From Planctomycetota bacterium (GTDB lineage: Bacteria > Planctomycetota > PUPC01): DNA of 43,937 nt. The DNA is taken from positions 1-43,937 of the forward strand of contig PWKM01000150.1 in NCBI GenBank assembly GCA_003559755.1, given 5' to 3'. Under the pieces are notes generated by a model. It was given only the letters and a program-made list of their open reading frames with translations. It was not told where the DNA came from and searched no databases. The position numbers and the translations under genes were made by a program. Below are positions 43,824 to 43,937 of the stretch, one piece after another (position 1 is the stretch's first letter; every line of letters begins with the position of its first letter).

Positions 43824-43937
43824 CTACATCGCGGCGGCCTGGGGCTTCACGCCGATGGTCTCGGCGGCCAGTGTGCTCTTGCAGTCCGGGCACTGCCACA
43901 GTTCGACCGGGGGCAGCGGGCCGAGCCGCTGCACCGA
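43824..43937 (-). CDS. 3' end of an unidentified CDS running off the window (last 37 codons plus TAG)
   Basis: The minus frame is open from the window edge: SVQRLGPLPPVELWQCPDCKSTLAAETIGVKPQAAAM*. GC3-rich, with a CPDC zinc-ribbon-like motif. Too short to identify. Confidence 0.35.
   Translation of the reverse strand, partial: SVQRLGPLPPVELWQCPDCKSTLAAETIGVKPQAAAM

Overview
GC-rich (roughly two-thirds G+C by eye) bacterial contig fragment, probably from a shotgun metagenome: bases 1-17 are an untrimmed Illumina TruSeq adapter tail. I call about 32 protein genes, one tRNA-Asp(GTC) and several repeat families. Gene content suggests a PVC-superphylum organism (Planctomycetota/Phycisphaerae-like), from the PEP-CTERM cargo proteins, a PilM-N/secretin pilus-like cluster, giant TPR proteins and biosynthetic genes of unrelated pathways strung together. 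That placement is inference only. Housekeeping genes are serS, argC, purM, trpF, tatA and tRNA-Asp. The accessory content is dominated by envelope machinery. (A) A plus-strand operon at 11005-17370 encodes an IPT/TIG::ExbB fusion, ExbD, an 850-aa TPR protein, a TonB/TolA-type anchor fused to a vWA domain, and a small TM-TPR protein. (B) A 15.6-kb run of ten minus-strand genes spans 39667-24071. It encodes a PilM::PilN fusion, two large bitopic proteins in the PilO and PilP positions, and a secretin interrupted by one in-frame TAG. These are followed by two secreted TPR giants, ExbB, two ExbD paralogues and a secreted YdjY-like protein with three ExbD-periplasmic-like repeats. The window contains no pilin, pilus ATPase, canonical TonB C-terminal domain or TonB-dependent receptor, so I flag these loci as candidate undescribed PMF-driven envelope systems. 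Other notable points are two PEP-CTERM cargo genes and an AT-rich regulatory island with palindromes and a sigma-54-like promoter. There is also a family of REP-like hairpins bracketing one PEP-CTERM gene, and a 10x 8-bp tandem repeat. All domain calls come from reading motifs in the translations; no database search was possible.
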